Source: a bacterium
GTDB taxonomy: Bacteria; JAHJDO01
Assembly: GCA_043824255.1 (NCBI GenBank)
Contig: JBDRTG010000034.1
Span: 1,631 to 65,630, forward strand
Direction: 5' to 3'
Length of the DNA: 64,000 bases
The first letter of the stretch is position 1. Each line of letters opens with the position of its first letter. The notes under the pieces are model-generated. The model was not told the DNA's origin. It did not search any database and was given only the letters and a program-made list of their open reading frames with translations. Below, one piece after another: positions 1 to 10,511 of this stretch. Position numbers and translations under genes: made by a program.

Positions 1-1
1 T

Positions 2-1027
2 GATTCTCTTTCTAATGACCCTTACAACGAAGCTAAGATTACTAAAATTTACTGTAAGTCCGTTAACAAAGTCTCTGCCTTTTTTGCTGATCTTCCTCAT
101 CCATGTACAGTTGCTGTTGAGGCGGTTGGTTTCTACCACTGGTTTTGGGATCTGGTCAGCCCTCTTGCCTCTGATATCTATCTCTTGAATGCTGTTGAAG
201 TCAGACGTTATGCAGGCAGGGACCCTAAGACCGACTCCAGAGATGCCAGACTTATTGCAAGACTTCTTGCTTCCAATGAAATTACTCATAATAGTAAGCT
301 CTCTGTCTTTGTCCCTGATAACAACCTCAGACCTATCAGAGAACTTACTCGCCATCGTCATCAAACTGCCCGTTCTCTCGCTTGCTCTAAAAATAGATTC
401 AGGCGTATTACTCTCAAAGAGAACCTTCCTGGGCCAAGAACTCTTGACGCTCATCATGCTCTCCGCTGGATCAGAGGCTTTGAAAATAAAACTTCTGATA
501 TCCATAAATTTCAGCTTAGACAGCTTACTGATCAAATAATTTCTCTTGAAAGAGATGTATCTGATATTGAAAGACAAATTCTTGATCTTATTAATAAAGC
601 AGGTTATCAATCTCTTATGAAACTCCTTCAAACAATCCCAGGTATTGGTGATGTAGTTGCTTATACTATTATCGCAGAGATCGGCGATTTCTCCAGATTT
701 CAAACTGCTGGACAAATCGCCTCTTTTGCAGGTCTCACTCCCAGAGTCTTTCAAAGCGGTAATTCCTGCAGGCATGGCGGTATTAATAAACAAGGACCTT
801 CCAATCTTAGATGGGCTCTTCAGCAATCCGCTTGGGTTGCTATTAAACATAGCGAGTTTATTAGAAAAGTATTTAATAAAATTAGCAGGAAAGCCGGCAA
901 GAAAAAGGCTGCTTACGCTATTGCCAGAAAGCTTCTTGTCTGGAGCTGGGCTATGGCTAAAAACAATATCGCTTTTAATAAAGACTTTATTAATAAAGAT
1001 AAAGAAAAAACAGAAAGGGCGGCTTAA
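2..1027 (+). CDS. IS110 family transposase (DEDD/RuvC-like N-domain plus Transposase_20 HhH C-domain), N-terminus outside window
   Basis: Frame 2 is open from position 2 and about 95% identical in protein to the 362-aa ORF at 32363-33451. It contains the IS110 C-terminal motif [42 protein letters not shown]. Confidence 0.9.
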   Translation, partial: DSLSNDPYNEAKITKIYCKSVNKVSAFFADLPHPCTVAVEAVGFYHWFWDLVSPLASDIYLLNAVEVRRYAGRDPKTDSRDARLIARLLASNEITHNSKLSVFVPDNNLRPIRELTRHRHQTARSLACSKNRFRRITLKENLPGPRTLDAHHALRWIRGFENKTSDIHKFQLRQLTDQIISLERDVSDIERQILDLINKAGYQSLMKLLQTIPGIGDVVAYTIIAEIGDFSRFQTAGQIASFAGLTPRVFQSGNSCRHGGINKQGPSNLRWALQQSAWVAIKHSEFIRKVFNKISRKAGKKKAAYAIARKLLVWSWAMAKNNIAFNKDFINKDKEKTERAA

Positions 1028-1281
1028 TAATGAAAATATTTCATACTCTCTAGGATTACACCTGCAGCAGTGACCCTGAGACTCTTTTTGAGCATAAGGC
1101 TCAAGCCGTAAAGCTCGATAACGTGAATAAGGCCTGCTACAGGCGTATTTGTTCTCGTGCGGCTCTTGACCGCGAATAGTTGATTGCGACCCTCGAGGGT
1201 TTTTGAGAATATGAAATACTACATTAAAAAGCTGGGAAAGCATTATGTGAAGGTTTTTAAACACGCACAGAAAATCATAGT
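1028..1281 (+). other. Conserved 3' non-coding end of IS copy A (candidate guide/bridge-RNA region)
   Basis: About 254 nt lie between the transposase stop and the element end. They align with 32109-32362 of copy B as conserved blocks interrupted by short variable patches. Confidence 0.4.
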
Positions 1282-1327
1282 TAAAAGCACACATTCTTCT
1301 CCATGTTCGTCTTGTTCTACTTAACAT
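1282..1327 (-). pseudogene. 5' fragment of a prepilin-type gene (leader MLSRTRRTWRRMCAF) interrupted by IS copy A
   Basis: On the minus strand, AAGAGAGAAAG (SD-like) is followed 7 nt later by ATG TTA AGT AGA ACA AGA CGA ACA TGG AGA AGA ATG TGT GCT TTT A, which then runs straight into the IS end. The leader is short and basic and ends in A-F, in the same codon phase as the interrupted gene at 32078. Confidence 0.5.
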
Positions 1328-1421
1328 AGTTTCACTTTCTCTCTTATTTTGCATTTTTTAATCTTTTTCAGGGAAAATATGAGCCACTTCATCCAGTCCT
1401 TTAAAGATTTTCCAGTATCGT

Positions 1422-2219
1422 TTACTGACGTTCGTATTTTTTCATCGTTACTAATTCACGCGGCAGATGTATTTCATAAGGTTCCCACCTAATCCATTCA
1501 CCGCTCAGAAAACCACTGTAATTGCTGTCTTTTAAAAGCTGCACTACTCGTTTATGGTCAATATCTCCTTCGCCAATCGGTACCATGACCAACTTGCCAT
1601 CTTTCTTTGTGACTCCATCATGAAAGTGGACATGCTTAATCCATAATTTAAGTACCTGAAATGCTTCATCTATTGTTGCTTTTTCTACACGGACTGGATG
1701 CATGATATCCCAGTTAACAGCAATTGCTGGGTGATTTACCCTCTTCATCACTTCTGCGAGATGCTTGGGATTACACCAGTGGTCGTGAGTTTCCAGACAC
1801 ACAGTTATATTCCTTTCTGCAGCATGATCGGCAACAGATTGCATGGATTTAACCAGAAGATCAATTGCTTCTTCTCTGGTGGTTCCTTCCGGAATCACAC
1901 CACCAAATACCCTGATTACAGGAGCGCCAACATCAGCTGCCAGATCAATTGATTTATGTGTATCACTAATCATATCCTCATTGGTTGTAGGATTAGCATA
2001 GATGCAGGATGTTGCAATGCAGGAAAAAGCAATACCACTTTCTTTCGACTTTTCTTTGCATTCCTTACGGAAAGATTGGGATGAATCAAACTCAATTTTA
2101 TGCCTATGGTTAGAGCTGATCCGGGGTTCAATGCCATTGTAACCATATTTTTTGGCAACTGCTACCATTTCGTCCAGATTAAGTTCAGGACACGAAAAAC
2201 TCATAAAAGAAAATTTCAT
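1422..2219 (-). CDS. Sugar phosphate isomerase/epimerase (xylose isomerase-like TIM barrel)
   Basis: 265-aa ORF with an AAGGAGG SD upstream. The sequence pattern (MKFSFMSFSCPELNLDEMV..., CLETHD, HFHDG) is typical of AP_endonuc_2/xylose-isomerase-like TIM barrels. Confidence 0.7.
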   Translation of the reverse strand: MKFSFMSFSCPELNLDEMVAVAKKYGYNGIEPRISSNHRHKIEFDSSQSFRKECKEKSKESGIAFSCIATSCIYANPTTNEDMISDTHKSIDLAADVGAPVIRVFGGVIPEGTTREEAIDLLVKSMQSVADHAAERNITVCLETHDHWCNPKHLAEVMKRVNHPAIAVNWDIMHPVRVEKATIDEAFQVLKLWIKHVHFHDGVTKKDGKLVMVPIGEGDIDHKRVVQLLKDSNYSGFLSGEWIRWEPYEIHLPRELVTMKKYERQ

Positions 2220-2326
2220 CTGTAGCCTCCTTATGTTAGTTTTTATAAACTGCTACTAAACTCTAACACTAAAGAATACAGATGTCTTTAGAATAAATCA
2301 CTTTTTTGTTGGATTTTTCACTGTGG

Positions 2327-3172
2327 CTATACTGTTTCAGAGAGAGAAGCCAGAAATTCAGATGGAGTAATTCCTTCTTTTTGCTTGAATATGTAGCTAA
2401 AATAATGAGAGTCTTCATATCCAATAAGAGAAGAAATTTCGGAAATGTTATAATCTGTTTCAATAAGCAGGCGCTTTGCTTGGTTAATTCTTGTACTGGT
2501 AAGGTAATCAATAGGGGATTTACCTGTGATTTTCTTAAAAATATTACCGAAGTATGTTTCGCTTAAATTTGCTTCTCTGGCTATGTCTTTCAGGGTTATA
2601 TCCTTTTGATAGTTAGCTCGTATGAATTTTTCTGCTTTGATTATATTTTTATAACTTTTTATTCTTCTAAATTGAAGTGCATCTCTTGTATTTAGATAAG
2701 CATTTAGAATAAGCCCCAATAGAGCTTTTAACTCTCCACTTGTTATGATAGAAGATGCATCTGATTGGCTACGAATGTGATAGATAATTGCGGAGCAAAT
2801 TGTTCTTGCTTCAATGTCTGCTTTTAGGTGGACAATACGAGGCCATATTTGATTGTTTTTTAGTATAGGTGTTTTCTTCCTCAACTTGTTTGTATTGTAA
2901 AAATCAAAGTGGATGTAGTAACGGGCAAAATTTTCATCTCCTTCTGTATATATATTGAAATTTTCCCCAGGATACACAAGAAGCACATCCCCTTTTTCAA
3001 GGTGATATTCGGCATCATCTACAACTAATGTTCCTCTTCCTGATGCAACAAAATGGAGATCATGGTCAGAACAAACCTGTGTTTTTTTGTTTTTTTCAAC
3101 AAATCCAGGAAGAAAACTGGTTTTTCCTGCAGAATTTACTATTGGAGAAATATTGTTAAGGTCTTTAGTCAT
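2327..3172 (-). CDS. AraC family transcriptional regulator (cupin sensor domain plus C-terminal HTH)
   Basis: 281 aa. The C-terminus (LKDIAREANLSETYFGNIFKKITGKSPIDYLTSTRINQAKRLL...ISEISSLIGYEDSHYFSYIFKQKEGITPSEF) is a canonical AraC double HTH. Confidence 0.85.
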   Translation of the reverse strand: MTKDLNNISPIVNSAGKTSFLPGFVEKNKKTQVCSDHDLHFVASGRGTLVVDDAEYHLEKGDVLLVYPGENFNIYTEGDENFARYYIHFDFYNTNKLRKKTPILKNNQIWPRIVHLKADIEARTICSAIIYHIRSQSDASSIITSGELKALLGLILNAYLNTRDALQFRRIKSYKNIIKAEKFIRANYQKDITLKDIAREANLSETYFGNIFKKITGKSPIDYLTSTRINQAKRLLIETDYNISEISSLIGYEDSHYFSYIFKQKEGITPSEFLASLSETV

Positions 3173-3177
3173 ATTAG

Positions 3178-4389
3178 CTATTCTGCCATGTTCTTTATGA
3201 CTTCATCTCCAAACTCAGAGCATTTAAGAAGCTTTGCTCCATTCATCAATCTTTCAAAATCATATGTAACTTTTTTGCTTAAGATTGCATTACTTATTCC
3301 TTTAGTAATAAGATCTGCAGCCTCCTTCCATCCAATATATCTAAACATCATCTCCCCAGACAATATCAATGAGCCGGGGTTTACTTTATCCATATCTTTG
3401 TATTTAGGCGCTGTGCCGTGAGTTGCCTCAAATATTGCATGACCGGTTTCATAGTTGATATTTCCGCCGGGTGATATTCCGATGCCTCCTACCTGTGCAG
3501 CTATCGCGTCTGAAATGTAATCTCCATTGAGATTCATTGTAGCTATTACATCGAATTCGTCTGTTCTTGTTAATATTTGCTGTAAGAAAATATCAGCAAT
3601 AGTATCTTTTATTAAGATTTTTCCCTGAGGAACGATTCCTTGACATTCGCTCCATGATATAACTTCTTCTGAAAACTCATCTTTTGCCAGCTCATATCCC
3701 CAGTTTCTAAATGCACCCTCTGTATATTTCTGAATATTGCCTTTATGAACAAGAGTTACGCTTTTTCTTTTATTCTTTATAGCATGCTTTATTGCTGCTC
3801 TTATTAATCTTTTACTTCCAGTCTCACTTATGGGTTTCAGGCCTATGCCAGAGTCTTCCCTAATGTGCCATCCAAAAGAATCTTTGCAAAAGCTGATAAG
3901 CTTCTTTACATCTTCTGAATATGCTTGTAGTTCTAGGCCTGCATAGACATCTTCAGTGTTTTCCCGAAAAACAGTAACATCAACCTTTTCCGGGTATTTA
4001 ACGGGACTTGGGACACCTTCAAGCCATTTTACCGGCCGCAGACAAACGTATAGATCCAATAATTTTCTAAGAGTTACATTTAGACTTCTGAAGCCGCCGC
4101 CAACAGGTGTTGTTAAAGGCCCTTTTATTCCTACCAGATATTTCTTGAAAGCATTAACTGTTTGTTCAGGTAGCCATTCTTTTGTTTTTTTATATGCTTT
4201 TTCTCCTGCAAATATTTCTTTCCATACAATTTTTCTCTTGCCTTCATACGCCTCCTCAACCGCAGCGTTAAATACTCTTACCGAAGCTCGCCAGATATCA
4301 GGACCAGTTCCATCTCCTTCAATAAAGGGAATAATGGGCTCATTAGGCACAGATAGCCGCCCATCTTGCATTCTGATTAGATTGTCCAT
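3178..4389 (-). CDS. icd: Isocitrate dehydrogenase (NADP-dependent, prokaryotic type)
   Basis: 403 aa. Motifs: [47 protein letters not shown]. Confidence 0.9.
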   Translation of the reverse strand: MDNLIRMQDGRLSVPNEPIIPFIEGDGTGPDIWRASVRVFNAAVEEAYEGKRKIVWKEIFAGEKAYKKTKEWLPEQTVNAFKKYLVGIKGPLTTPVGGGFRSLNVTLRKLLDLYVCLRPVKWLEGVPSPVKYPEKVDVTVFRENTEDVYAGLELQAYSEDVKKLISFCKDSFGWHIREDSGIGLKPISETGSKRLIRAAIKHAIKNKRKSVTLVHKGNIQKYTEGAFRNWGYELAKDEFSEEVISWSECQGIVPQGKILIKDTIADIFLQQILTRTDEFDVIATMNLNGDYISDAIAAQVGGIGISPGGNINYETGHAIFEATHGTAPKYKDMDKVNPGSLILSGEMMFRYIGWKEAADLITKGISNAILSKKVTYDFERLMNGAKLLKCSEFGDEVIKNMAE

Positions 4390-4391
4390 TA

Positions 4392-6368
4392 TTATTTGTC
4401 CTTTCTTTTTATATAATTTAATAAACCTCCTGCCACTATTATCTGTTTTTCCTTTTCGGTAAAATCATATTTTAACTCAATATCAACATTCTTAGTTTTG
4501 TTTTTCAAAACTAGTTTCGCATTTTTTGTGATTGTTTTCCCTACCGCCCGAATTTCCACAATATCTCCTGCATTTAGATGCTGATATTCATTGGGTTTTA
4601 TGAAGATAAGAGGCAGGATACCAAAGTTTATTAAATTGGTTCTGTGGATTCTTTCTATAGATTTTGCAATAACAGCTTTTACTCCTAGATACATTGGACA
4701 CATAGCTGCATGCTCGCGGCTTGAACCCTGTCCATAACTCAGTCCAGCCACAATAATATTACTATAAGCATCTAATTTATTGTCCTTACATCGGTTCGTG
4801 AAAGATGGATCAATCCCTTCAAATACAAATTGAGAGTATTTTCCAATATTGGAGCGATATTTCAATCTTGATCCTGCAGGCATTATGTGATCAGTAGTAA
4901 TTTCATCTCCTACTTTAATTGCAATTTTGGCATTGATATTTTCAGACAAAGGTTTGTTTTTGGGAGGCTCTCCAATATTCGGGCCTTTATGTATCTTTGT
5001 TTTTTTGCCCTCAGGTGCCGGATGGATGATCATAGTGTCATCTATATGAAATTTCTTTGGTAGGGCAAAAGATGGGAAAACCGGTTCCTTAAGATTACGT
5101 GGGTCAGTGATTACCCCGGACAGGGCACATGCAGCAGCTGTTTGGGGACTTGATAGGTAAACAGAAGCAGATTGAGTTCCCGAGCGACCCTTGAAATTTC
5201 TATTACTGGTTCTGATGCTTACTGCTCCTGTGGCTGGAGCGTGGCTGTTCCCAATACAGAATCCACATACACATTCTGTAATCCTAGCACCTGCATCAAT
5301 CAATGTGGAAAGACTACCGTCATCTGTTAGCATTTTTAATACCTGCCTTGAACCCGGGGCAACTACAAAGCTTACGTCCTGCGGAATTTTATGTCCTTTG
5401 ACTATATGAGCAGCTGTCTTAAGGTCACTGTAGGAAGAATTAGTACAGCTGCCAATGATTACTTGATCTACTCTTTTCCCAGCTAGTTCTCTTACGGGAA
5501 CAACATTTCCCGGGCTATGAGGACATGCAAGCATGGGTTCAATTTCAGCAAGATTAATGTTTATTGCTTTTTCATACTTAGCATCTGAGTCTGCCTTTAA
5601 TTCTTTCCACACACTTTCTCTATTCTCAGCTGCAAGAAATTTTTTTGTAAGAAAGTCGCTGGGAAAGACTGATGTTGTCACGCCAAGTTCCGCACCCATA
5701 TTGGTTATGGTTGCCCTTTCAGGGACGTCTAAGCTTTCAAGTCCACTACCTCCATATTCTATTATAGTTCCAACGTTTCCTTTGGTGCCAAACATCTTTA
5801 AAATTGTAAGTATTATATCCTTTGCGTTTATCCATGGATTTAATTTGCCTTCCAGATTAATGCGGATGATTCTGGGATAACGCAGGGTATATTCGCATGT
5901 TCCCATTGCCACAGCCACGTCCAATCCACCTGCTCCGATAGCGAGCATTCCCATGCCTCCTGCTGTCGGAGTATGGGAATCTGAGCCAAGCAGGGTTTTC
6001 CCAGGCTCAGCAAATCTTTCCAGATGCACCTGATGGCATATTCCATTTCCCGCTCTAGAAAAAAAAGATCCATACTTACAGGCAGCAGTTTGAAGATAGC
6101 GGTGGTCATCAGCATTCTCAAAACTATCTTGAATAGTATTATGATCAACATAACTGACAGATAGCTCTGTTTTTATCTTTTGAATTCCAAGAGCTTCAAA
6201 CTGCAGGTAGGCCATTGTTCCTGTAGCGTCTTGTGTAAGGGTCTGATCTATTTTTAAAGTGATTTCCTCTCCATGAATCGGATTCCCTTTTAAAAGGTGT
6301 GCTTTTATAATTTTTTCTACTACACCTAAACCCAATTTTATGCCCTCCTCATTCTTTAGTTTCTCCAC
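4392..6368 (-). CDS. Aconitate hydratase (short, about 650-aa type)
   Basis: 658 aa. Aconitase Fe-S ligand motifs [18 protein letters not shown] and CGFCIG are present, followed by a swivel domain with [10 protein letters not shown]. Confidence 0.85.
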   Translation of the reverse strand: MEKLKNEEGIKLGLGVVEKIIKAHLLKGNPIHGEEITLKIDQTLTQDATGTMAYLQFEALGIQKIKTELSVSYVDHNTIQDSFENADDHRYLQTAACKYGSFFSRAGNGICHQVHLERFAEPGKTLLGSDSHTPTAGGMGMLAIGAGGLDVAVAMGTCEYTLRYPRIIRINLEGKLNPWINAKDIILTILKMFGTKGNVGTIIEYGGSGLESLDVPERATITNMGAELGVTTSVFPSDFLTKKFLAAENRESVWKELKADSDAKYEKAININLAEIEPMLACPHSPGNVVPVRELAGKRVDQVIIGSCTNSSYSDLKTAAHIVKGHKIPQDVSFVVAPGSRQVLKMLTDDGSLSTLIDAGARITECVCGFCIGNSHAPATGAVSIRTSNRNFKGRSGTQSASVYLSSPQTAAACALSGVITDPRNLKEPVFPSFALPKKFHIDDTMIIHPAPEGKKTKIHKGPNIGEPPKNKPLSENINAKIAIKVGDEITTDHIMPAGSRLKYRSNIGKYSQFVFEGIDPSFTNRCKDNKLDAYSNIIVAGLSYGQGSSREHAAMCPMYLGVKAVIAKSIERIHRTNLINFGILPLIFIKPNEYQHLNAGDIVEIRAVGKTITKNAKLVLKNKTKNVDIELKYDFTEKEKQIIVAGGLLNYIKRKDK

Positions 6369-7237
6369 TCTCTTTGATAATAGGCTATGCCGCTATTGTT
6401 AGAAGGATCAGATAGTTTGGGATTATTACTGACAGCAAATTTCATTTGAGCTATGGCTTGTTCCGGTTTTGCCTGTTTTAGATAAACCAGTCCCAGATTG
6501 TAATACGCATAGTAGAATTTCGGGTCGTATTTTATAGCAAGTTTTAATTGTTCCTCAGCTTGTGCCAGCTTATCTTCCTGTAGATATACGGCACCTAAAT
6601 TATTATAAGAAGCAACATGCTTAGGATCATGCTCAATAGCGAGTTTATATTGCTCTTCAGCTTTCTCTAATTTACCCTGTTTCCAATAAATAGCTCCAAG
6701 ATTGTTGTAACTGTCAGAATATTGAGGACTATGCTTTATGGCGAGCTTTAGATTTTTTATGGCATCTGGAGTATTATTTATATCAAAATAGAGTCCAGCG
6801 AGATTAAAATATGCCCAACTATATTTAGGGTCATAAGAAATGGCAAATTTATAATGCTTTGCCATTTCTTCGATTTGCTCAAGTTTTTTATAAATAGACA
6901 TTAAACAACTATAAGCATTGGTATATTTGGGATTATACTTAATAGCAAGCGCGTATTGAGATATTGCCTTCTCCAGTTTATTCTGTTTATCATATATTCT
7001 TCCCAGATTATAATAAGCTTCCACATACACAGGATTACATTTGATGGCAAGTTTATAGTGTTTGACAGCTTTTTTAATTTCTTTACTATCAACGTGTTTT
7101 TCTGCAAGAATGAAGTACTTCTCAGCCTTTTTCCTATTTGTATCCGAGAGCTGAAAAAGCTCTGTGTCTGATTGAGAATAAGAACATGAGAAAGAGGAAA
7201 ACAGGAAAAATATTGCAAATATGGTGATTGCTTTCAT
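6356..7237 (-). CDS. Secreted TPR-repeat protein
   Basis: 293 aa with an N-terminal signal peptide (MKAITIFAIFFLFSSFSCSYS). About seven tandem 34-aa repeats follow, of the type A..YYNLG..Y...G....A...Y..AI...P. Confidence 0.8.
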   Translation of the reverse strand: MKAITIFAIFFLFSSFSCSYSQSDTELFQLSDTNRKKAEKYFILAEKHVDSKEIKKAVKHYKLAIKCNPVYVEAYYNLGRIYDKQNKLEKAISQYALAIKYNPKYTNAYSCLMSIYKKLEQIEEMAKHYKFAISYDPKYSWAYFNLAGLYFDINNTPDAIKNLKLAIKHSPQYSDSYNNLGAIYWKQGKLEKAEEQYKLAIEHDPKHVASYNNLGAVYLQEDKLAQAEEQLKLAIKYDPKFYYAYYNLGLVYLKQAKPEQAIAQMKFAVSNNPKLSDPSNNSGIAYYQREWRN

Positions 7238-8410
7238 CTATATTTTTAATCTTCCAATTTCAGGTAATTTGCCTACTAAAGGTTTTGCATACGCAATAAA
7301 CTTTTCTGTTACATTGTTACCTTTCTCGTTCATATAGTTTCTGGGCATGCCTCGTGTATTTTTAGCAACAGAATGAAGAGGGGTTATGAAAAGCCCTGTT
7401 GCTTTTATTGCAACACTTCCATCTTTGAGATCGCTTTCCACAGCACTCTTTACTGCAAATTCTCCAACACGTCTTGCTTCTTCTGCATCCTTTTCAGAAA
7501 CAATACCGGGAAAGCATCTTTGTAAATAGCCAAATGTATCAGCTCTTGCTCTGAGCTTGCCTGGAATATTTTGTTTAATAAGTTCTATCAGCATATCTCC
7601 AAGTCCTCCGGAGCCGCTCAGTTGTACATTTCCATGGGCATCCTTAACTCCGGATTGAAAAATCGGGTTGCCTTTTTCATCACTTATTCCTTCAGAGACC
7701 GCTACCTGACATCTTCCCAGTTTGTTATAAACATCTTTAACATCTTGTATGAACTTCTCCTTTGAAAATGGAATTTCAGGCACATAAATCAGATGGGGAC
7801 CATCGTTTTTATGCTGTCTGCCAAGAGCAGAAGCAGCAGTTAAAAACCCTGCATGTCTTCCCATAATAATATTAACTTTAATTCCGGGTATAGCCCCATT
7901 ATCAAGATTATCACCCATTATTGCCATTGCAACAAATTTTGCCGCAGAACCATAACCTGGGCAGTGGTCAGTAACGAGCAGGTCATTATCAATAGTCTTT
8001 GGTATATGGTAAGACGTTAAATCATAGCCTGACTTGTTTGCAAGTTGATTTATAATATCTGCTGTTTCTGCTGAATCATTGCCTCCAATATAAAAGAAAT
8101 ATCTAATATTATTCTTCTTGAATATCTTAAATATTTTTTCGCATTCTTCTTCAGTAGGTTTTTTTCTTACAGAGCCAAGTGCAGCAGATGGTGTGTTAGC
8201 TACTTTTTCAAGAACTGAGGAGTTCTGTGCTCCTAAATCAATAAAATTCTCATCAAGTATTCCTTTTATGCCATGCCATGCACCATAAAATTTTTGAATT
8301 TCCGGATGTTTACCCGCTTCTATTATTGCGCCGACCAAGCTCTGATTAATAACGCATGTTGGCCCGCCTGATTGCCCTATAACAGCATTTCCAATTACCT
8401 TACTACTCAT
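7238..8410 (-). CDS. 6-phosphofructokinase, PfkA family, probably PPi-dependent
   Basis: 390 aa with SD AGGAGG. Motifs: GQSGGPTCVIN, IGGNDS (Asp at the position that is Gly in ATP-dependent enzymes), PKTIDNDL, MGRHAGFL. Confidence 0.8.
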   Translation of the reverse strand: MSSKVIGNAVIGQSGGPTCVINQSLVGAIIEAGKHPEIQKFYGAWHGIKGILDENFIDLGAQNSSVLEKVANTPSAALGSVRKKPTEEECEKIFKIFKKNNIRYFFYIGGNDSAETADIINQLANKSGYDLTSYHIPKTIDNDLLVTDHCPGYGSAAKFVAMAIMGDNLDNGAIPGIKVNIIMGRHAGFLTAASALGRQHKNDGPHLIYVPEIPFSKEKFIQDVKDVYNKLGRCQVAVSEGISDEKGNPIFQSGVKDAHGNVQLSGSGGLGDMLIELIKQNIPGKLRARADTFGYLQRCFPGIVSEKDAEEARRVGEFAVKSAVESDLKDGSVAIKATGLFITPLHSVAKNTRGMPRNYMNEKGNNVTEKFIAYAKPLVGKLPEIGRLKI

Positions 8411-8421
8411 TTAAAATCCTC

Positions 8422-10422
8422 CTATTTCTCTATTATTTCCAACGCTTTCTTATATACATTGTCAGCAGTAAACCCGAACTTTTCTGCTAATATTTCATAC
8501 GGGGCAGAAGCTCCAAATTCATCAATTCCAAGCACTTTTCCATCTAATCCTGCATATTTGTACCATCCTGCAGTTGAGCCAGCTTCAACTACTAATCTCT
8601 GCCTGCATAATGATGGGAGAACTTTTTCAATATATGATCCAGACTGTGCTTCAAATATTTCCACACTTGGTATATTCACAAGTCTTACGTTATGTCCTTC
8701 TTTATTCAGTCGCTCTGTTGCTTCCATACAAATACTGACTTCAGAGCCAGAGGCAATAATAACAAGTTCTGGTACTCCGGACTTGCTATCTATTAACACA
8801 TACGCCCCTTTCGAAAGGTTTTTTGCTGATGGATATTTATTCCTGTCAATTACAGGAACTTTTTGTCTTGTTAGGAGAATTACAGTTGGCCCATTTTTGT
8901 TTTTAAGAGCCTCTATCCATGCAGCAGGTGTTTCAGAGGCGTCAGATGGCCTTATTACTGTTAAGTTTGGTATCAAACGAAGTGAAGCTGCTTGCTCAAC
9001 GGGTTCATGAGTTGGACCGTCTTCTCCAACAAAAATGCTGTCATGTGTAAAAACATAGATTACCTGCTGCTTCATAATAGCTGCAAGCCGTATAGAAGGT
9101 CTCATATAGTCTGAAAACACAAAGAAGGTAGAGCCGTATGGAATAATGCCCCCAAAAAGGGCCATGCCATTCAATACTCCGCCCATGCAGTGTTCCCTTA
9201 TACCAAAATGCATGTTACGTCCACTGAATTCCCCTCTGTTTATAGATTCGTATTTTTTTAGGATTGTCTTTGTAGATGGAGCAAGATCTGCTGAACCGCC
9301 GATAAGAAAAGGAACTTTTTCTGCAATAGCCTGCATTACTTCACCAGCAGCATTTCGTGTGGCAACAGGTTTGTTTTCAAAGCTGGGTAAAGCATCTGCT
9401 ATGTTTTCCGGGATTTCTTTATTCAGCCAGTTGTTCAAGATCTCTGCTTTTTGTGGGTATTTTGTTTTATATTCTCCCAGCTTGTTCTCCCAGTCTTTAT
9501 AGATTAAAAGTTTTTTCTCATTACATTTTTTAAAGATTTCCTTTGTTTCTTCTGGTATATAAAAAGCAGGTTCAAGAGGCCAGCCCAGGTTTTGCTTTGT
9601 CAGTTTTACTTCTTCTTCTCCTAAAGGCTCGCCGTGTGCAGATGCTGAGTCCTGCTTATTAGGAGATCCTTTTGCTATATTGGTTCTGCCTATAATTAAT
9701 GTTGGCTTGTTTTTTTCTTTTTGAGCTGATTCAATCGCTTTTGCAATTTCCAGAAGATTATACGGGTCAATTTTTATTACTTGCCAGTCATATGCTTCAA
9801 AGCGTTTCCCTACATCTTCACTAAAAGTAAGAGAAGTATCTCCTTCAATAGTAATGTGATTATCATCATAGAAGTATATAATATTTCCAAGCCCAAGATG
9901 TCCTGCAAAAGACGCTGCCTCTGCACTAATACCTTCCATTAGATCCCCATCGGTTACTATGCCGTAAATATAGGAGTCAAAGGGTTTAATATGGTCTGTA
10001 TTAAACCTGTTTTCAAAGATTTTTGCTGATATTGCCATACCAACCCCATTTGTAAATCCCTGCCCAAGAGGACCGGTTGTTGTCTCAACTCCTGGTGTCA
10101 TCCCATATTCAGGATGTCCCGGAGTCTTACTATCCCACTGTCTGAAGTTTTTAAGTTCTTCAAGTGATAAGTCAAACCCGCTCAAATGAAGCAATGAGTA
10201 AAGAAGCATTGAACCATGTCCACCGGAAAGAACAAATCTATCTCTATTTATCCACGTAATATCCTTAGGGTTGTATCTTAAAAATCTGGTCCAGACTACA
10301 TATGCATAATCCGCAACTCCCATTGGAAGCCCAGGGTGCCCTGAATTGGCTTTTTGTACAGCATCTACTGAGAGCATTTTTATTGTATTTATTGAGAGAG
10401 TATCTTTTTTATCAAATTGCAT
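8422..10422 (-). CDS. tkt: Transketolase (full-length, single polypeptide)
   Basis: 666 aa. Motifs: SGHPGLPMG, GHGSMLLYSLLHLSG, GDLMEG, THDSIFVGEDGPTHEPVEQ. Confidence 0.95.
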   Translation of the reverse strand: MQFDKKDTLSINTIKMLSVDAVQKANSGHPGLPMGVADYAYVVWTRFLRYNPKDITWINRDRFVLSGGHGSMLLYSLLHLSGFDLSLEELKNFRQWDSKTPGHPEYGMTPGVETTTGPLGQGFTNGVGMAISAKIFENRFNTDHIKPFDSYIYGIVTDGDLMEGISAEAASFAGHLGLGNIIYFYDDNHITIEGDTSLTFSEDVGKRFEAYDWQVIKIDPYNLLEIAKAIESAQKEKNKPTLIIGRTNIAKGSPNKQDSASAHGEPLGEEEVKLTKQNLGWPLEPAFYIPEETKEIFKKCNEKKLLIYKDWENKLGEYKTKYPQKAEILNNWLNKEIPENIADALPSFENKPVATRNAAGEVMQAIAEKVPFLIGGSADLAPSTKTILKKYESINRGEFSGRNMHFGIREHCMGGVLNGMALFGGIIPYGSTFFVFSDYMRPSIRLAAIMKQQVIYVFTHDSIFVGEDGPTHEPVEQAASLRLIPNLTVIRPSDASETPAAWIEALKNKNGPTVILLTRQKVPVIDRNKYPSAKNLSKGAYVLIDSKSGVPELVIIASGSEVSICMEATERLNKEGHNVRLVNIPSVEIFEAQSGSYIEKVLPSLCRQRLVVEAGSTAGWYKYAGLDGKVLGIDEFGASAPYEILAEKFGFTADNVYKKALEIIEK

Positions 10423-10464
10423 TTCTGTCTCCTTGATTTTTGTGTCTAATTTATAGCGTATGGT

Positions 10465-10493
10465 TTTTTATCATAAAAAAAAATTCGTGTCAA
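10465..10493 (-). promoter_or_regulatory. Candidate sigma70-type promoter for tkt
   Basis: On the minus strand, TTGACA (10493-10488), a 17-nt spacer, then TAAAAA (10470-10465). It lies about 40 nt upstream of the tkt SD (AAGGAGAC) and ATG. Confidence 0.35.
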
Positions 10494-10511
10494 GAAAAGC
10501 GCATGTAAGCT

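Larger units (their letters stand above)
1..1281 (+). mobile_element. IS110-family (IS1111-like architecture) insertion sequence, copy A, 5' part cut by window edge
   Basis: Homologous along its whole visible length to the complete element at 32109-33525 (opposite strand). It has the same transposase, the same 254-nt 3' non-coding end and the same subterminal repeat CACAGAAAATCAT (1266-1278). Similarity to copy B stops after CATAGT at 1281. Confidence 0.85.

Noticed and set aside
189-1073. Alternative-frame ORFs inside both transposase copies (189-539, 657-1073, 32317-32664, 32770-33201).
   Set aside because: They are same-strand +1 frame overlaps of a clearly recognisable IS110 transposase. 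They are explained by the gene's strong pyrimidine-ending codon bias, which depletes stops in that frame. Their products have no recognisable motifs.
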